Of a stretch of 64,000 nt of DNA, positions 60,145 through 64,000 are shown in pieces (position 1 is the first letter of the stretch; each line of letters begins with the position of its first letter). The stretch comes from Anthoceros angustus (Eukaryota > Plantae > Anthocerotophyta), in assembly GCA_010909165.1 (NCBI GenBank), contig VJWM01000003.1, positions 372,001 to 436,000 on the forward strand, read 5' to 3'. A program made the translations under genes and the position numbers. The notes beneath the pieces were generated by a model. That model saw only the letters and a program-made list of their open reading frames with translations, was not told where the DNA came from and ran no database searches.

Positions 60145-61260
60145 GTTTTATTGAGGGAAAAACGATGGGAGAAAACCCATCTAGCAGGGAACAATGAAGG
60201 GAAAACCCTGAGGGTGAAGGTAAAAAGCAGCAACTAAGCTCCTTATCTAAAGTTACCTACTGCTCCTAGAGCATCATTTGCAGAAAGAACAAATGGCCTG
60301 CAAACTACGGAGAAAGAGGAAAAAGCGTCACATGCCACCGCCGCCTTGTGAAGGATTACCGTCGAGAGGGCCCTTTGAAGGGCAATGGAGACTTGTTGTC
60401 TGAAGTAAACTGTGAAAAGGGACAAGATACCCGCAAGTATCGCCCACACCATGCCTGCGTGCGTGGTAGGATTTGGCACAAGACAGGAGAAATTTATCGA
60501 AGTTCGCAGCCATGGCCCTATACGTTTCGAGTGTGAGCGGAATAAAGAAGTGGCTCGCTTCGTCCCTACAGATTGACCAGAGTCATGAGAGGGCGCACCC
60601 CAACCAAGATGGTTGGTGATAACTTGAGCGAAGATGGTGTCTCCAGCAAAGTCAGTAACCATCACGTCCGCCACCGAAACCGTGGACAAAGTACAAGTCA
60701 GCCCTTATCGAGCGACCTGTTCGAAGAATGTACCCTCGCTCCCTTCAGGCCATGTAACTGCTTTCGCTAGTAATGGCAAACATGACATCGCGGATAGCGT
60801 CGTGGGTGGCGATGCGGTGACCCCCATTGGGACAACGAGCAAGTGTACCCCAAAGTCATCGCGCACTCGTAGGTAAGGAGGGAAGATGCCAAAAGCTAAA
60901 GCATGCCGAGACGGAATCACATCGCACTAGTGAAGGTGGTTGGTGTGATGACAAAACCCCGTATACATGGATGAGCCAGAAGCCAAGCGACTGTGCCCCT
61001 ATAATTAAGGGTAACTCTCTTATTTTTCAATTAGAATCTCTAAGTGAAACTTTAGATTTTAATTGAAATACAAGAGAGCTGCACTCTCTGGAAGGAAGGC
61101 CCAGTAGGAATGTTAATAGCTAGGTGTCACGGAATAAAGCGAAGGGGAGAGTGATGAAGGCCTACCGCCACAAATTCTTGGGAGTCAAAGAGGGGCCCAC
61201 TTGCCGTAAGCCAAGAGGATCTTGTTGATATTCGGTAGACTTCTCTTGGATGAATGTTGT
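60145..61260 (-). mobile_element. Second degenerate CRE-like RLE non-LTR retrotransposon fragment
   Basis: GVHL.RCPNGGHRIATHDAIRDVM, RADL...ADVMVT, ETYR...FDKFL, YFRQQVSIALQRALSTVI; same ttgagggaaaa...cccatct 3' terminus as the 49.5-kb copy. The 5' boundary is uncertain. Confidence 0.7.
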
Positions 61261-63315
61261 TCTTTAGATATTGCAAAAGCTTGAGGTTGATACTTATCTT
61301 TTAGTATTCAATACCTATTCACTCGCATAAAATGCAAAATATGAGTGAAGGAAAAATTATATTGGTGGTCCAACAATATATCAATTTGGGGGTGAGGATG
61401 ATTTCCCAACTCACTCATAACCTATCACACACCAGCAAACATGTCTCTCTCTATATTTTTAAGTGCTTAAGAGTTTTTAACTTTGCAAGTACAAGTACTT
61501 ATATGGCCAAGATTTTTTTTGCGGAAGCTTACCTGACCAAGTTGAGACAGAAAAATAAATACTAATGACGACATCTTCAAGATCTCATTTTCAAATGAAC
61601 ATATGAAGTCCATCTAATGTTTTTTTGAACAAATAATTATCTTGACCTCCGAGACAGGTCGTGGGAAATGAATGTGAGTCTAAGGACTCTAAATTACCTT
61701 TATTCAATCCTTCAGTATCGGGATAGCAAATGATGTGTAGAACGAAGTACACTCTTTCCTATTTTTACCCACCTTTGATTTGCCATTCTTCGGCTTCCTT
61801 TCTTAAGTAATGGATGATTCTCAGTGATGCTTGCTTTTACAGCCTTTTCTACCTACCTAAAATGCAAACCAAATATTTAATTTTAATTCTATTCATCAGT
61901 AAATATTTTATTTTATTCTATCACACACACACACACACACATATAAAATACAAAACCATAACAAATATTGATACACCTCACGTAGTTGAATCATAAGTCA
62001 ATGAGCACACATCTTAGAATTGTTTGTCTAACCATTTGGATCATCAATGCATAGAGTCTACCTAGAAGGATGGATTTATAGCGTAGAAGCCTTCTTGTTT
62101 CTGGCTACTACATATTACGGGATGCAAGAGCGGAAAGTTATGACTAAAGCGGAAGAGCGTATAGGAAAAGAGAGTGGAGGCAAGGTTGCTGGTTGGGTGA
62201 CGCGCGTTCTTGCTGTGTAGCAACATCAAAAGGAAACCCTACACCTCATGCCAAATGTCACGCTTCCCAAAACAGGTTCAGGTTCCTTCTCCAAGCACCG
62301 GATCATGGTTTCTAGAAACTCTACGCCTGGGGGACACATATCCGAAAAACGACAACACATCCCAACGATACGGGTGGACTGGAATTTGGAAGCACCACGG
62401 TTCAGAACTTGTGTGGTTGCAGAGCTCCAGGTCCAGTGTCCAATGAAAGCTTGAGAGCAGCGCTGTCAGAGAGGACTTCCAGCTGTTGAGCAGCAATGTC
62501 GTGAACTGGAAGTGTCTCCCGCTTGAAACGGGGGAGGCCTCTGTTCCGTGGACGATCCAGGCCGCCAGGACTGGGAGTGATCTTTCGGAATATGTATGGG
62601 AACTGGAAACTATCCACACATTTATACCTACCTATGTACATATGTATGGATACCACCCGTATGAAGGATGTACTTGCAGTAAGTTACTGCTACAGCCGGC
62701 CTCGTTTTCTTCTTGTAGTGACTATGCAGGGTGGGCCCCGCCTAAATACACGCTCTTCCCATCCCCACCCCCTGGCCTTAGTGCCTGGAGCCAGTTCTCC
62801 ATCTTGGTCGGGCCTGGTGTGCGGAAATCCGTAAGAAATTCGTTTTCAGATAGGATACTCTGTCGCACTAGCCGAGGATAGGGATCGTTTCCCATCTCCC
62901 GGCTTTGGATCGGGGGATGGAGGTGCAGCTGGCCGGAGGTCTTTGAAGGAGTCCGAGACTGACCAGTGAAGACGTGTTGACTGGCAGAGACTCGAGGCCG
63001 AGATTGTCTCATTGTCGGATGTTTAGGCAGCTACCTTGCCACCGCTGAGATATCTGTGATATGGAGAAGGGGCTGCAACATTCCGATGGTTTTGGTGGGT
63101 AAGAGGGTTGCCTAGGCAGGATAACGTTCTCCCGCCCTGAAGGGCAACAATAATCCGGCGGCCTTCTCTCATGCCTGGATCTCCACGTCCTCGTCGAAGA
63201 AATCTTCCGAAGTTGACCAGGACTTGGACTTTTGGAGGTACCAGGTGCTGCGTGGCATAGCGTTTTCAGCACCAGTTCCAAGTTCCCACTGTTATTCTGC
63301 TCCATATGTACAGAG

Positions 63316-64000
63316 ATGGAGTACGGTGTGTCAAGACCCCGATCTCAGCTGCTGGTGAAGGTTATTGTGGGAGCCTCTCTGATTGCTCTATTCCTGGTGA
63401 TATTTCGCAAGTCTCCCACTTATAGCATTCCAGAAGCGGTATGCGTTGGTTCTGCCCTGTGATTGCATGATGGGTGATGTGATACTGGAAGTTGTTTTTT
63501 CCTGTCGACACGTGGTTTTGAGACGAGGCTGCGTGCAGAAGTTCAGACAGCAGAGTGGGATGCAACATGTGTTGGTGACTGGAGGAGCTGGGTACATAGG
63601 GTCACACGCTGCTCTACGTTTGTTGGAGGATGGTTATCGCGTCACGGTGGTGGTATGTTCTCCGTGGTTCTCAAGTTTGTGTCTTTCTCTGGTGCTACAT
63701 GTTGTTGGGGTTTTGTTATGGTTGGTGGAAGTGTAAGTTGTGGATTTGTCTGTGAATGATGCAGGATAATCTATCTCGTGGCAACTTGGGTGCTGTAGAG
63801 GTTTTGCAGAGGCTTTTCCCAGAGCCAGGGAGGTTGCAGTTTATCGTGGCAGATCTTGGGGACAGTGCTGCTGTATCTTTTTTGTGCTTATGGAATACTC
63901 TGAATGTCATTTTCTTCTCAGGTAGCAGGGTAAACTCGCGCTGTGTTGCCTGAACAATAGTGAAACAGATAAATGCCGTATTCGATAAGAATACATTCGA
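63316..64000 (+). CDS. MUR4: UDP-arabinose 4-epimerase (MUR4/UXE-like), 5' exons; runs off the window end
   Basis: Type II membrane anchor ([15 protein letters not shown]), [29 protein letters not shown]|[34 protein letters not shown] short upstream coding exon is possible. Confidence 0.9.

Overview
Eukaryotic plant nuclear DNA, most likely a hornwort (inferred from a GRP-type DYW:KP PPR protein, very short GT-AG introns and compact gene spacing). The first ~10 kb is transposon-derived: a degenerate Ty1/copia element and a second GC-rich LTR-like element with (GAGAGTGGT)n tracts, both carrying serial tandem duplications. The remainder holds these genes in order: a chromomethylase, CWF18/CCDC12, an intronless PLS-type PPR-DYW:KP candidate U-to-C RNA editor with an N-terminal OSB-like PDF motif, a HAD 5'-nucleotidase, a J-protein with an unrecognised C-terminal domain, a HINT3-like HIT protein, an acireductone dioxygenase, a KirBac/Kir-fold channel, a DUF3511-like small protein and the 5' part of a UDP-arabinose 4-epimerase. 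Minisatellites and remnants of an RLE-type (CRE-like) non-LTR retrotransposon lie between them. The most unusual items are the Kir-fold channel, which has no GYG selectivity filter but a probable plastid transit peptide, and the candidate U-to-C editor, for which a target motif can be predicted. Exon boundaries were read by eye and are approximate.
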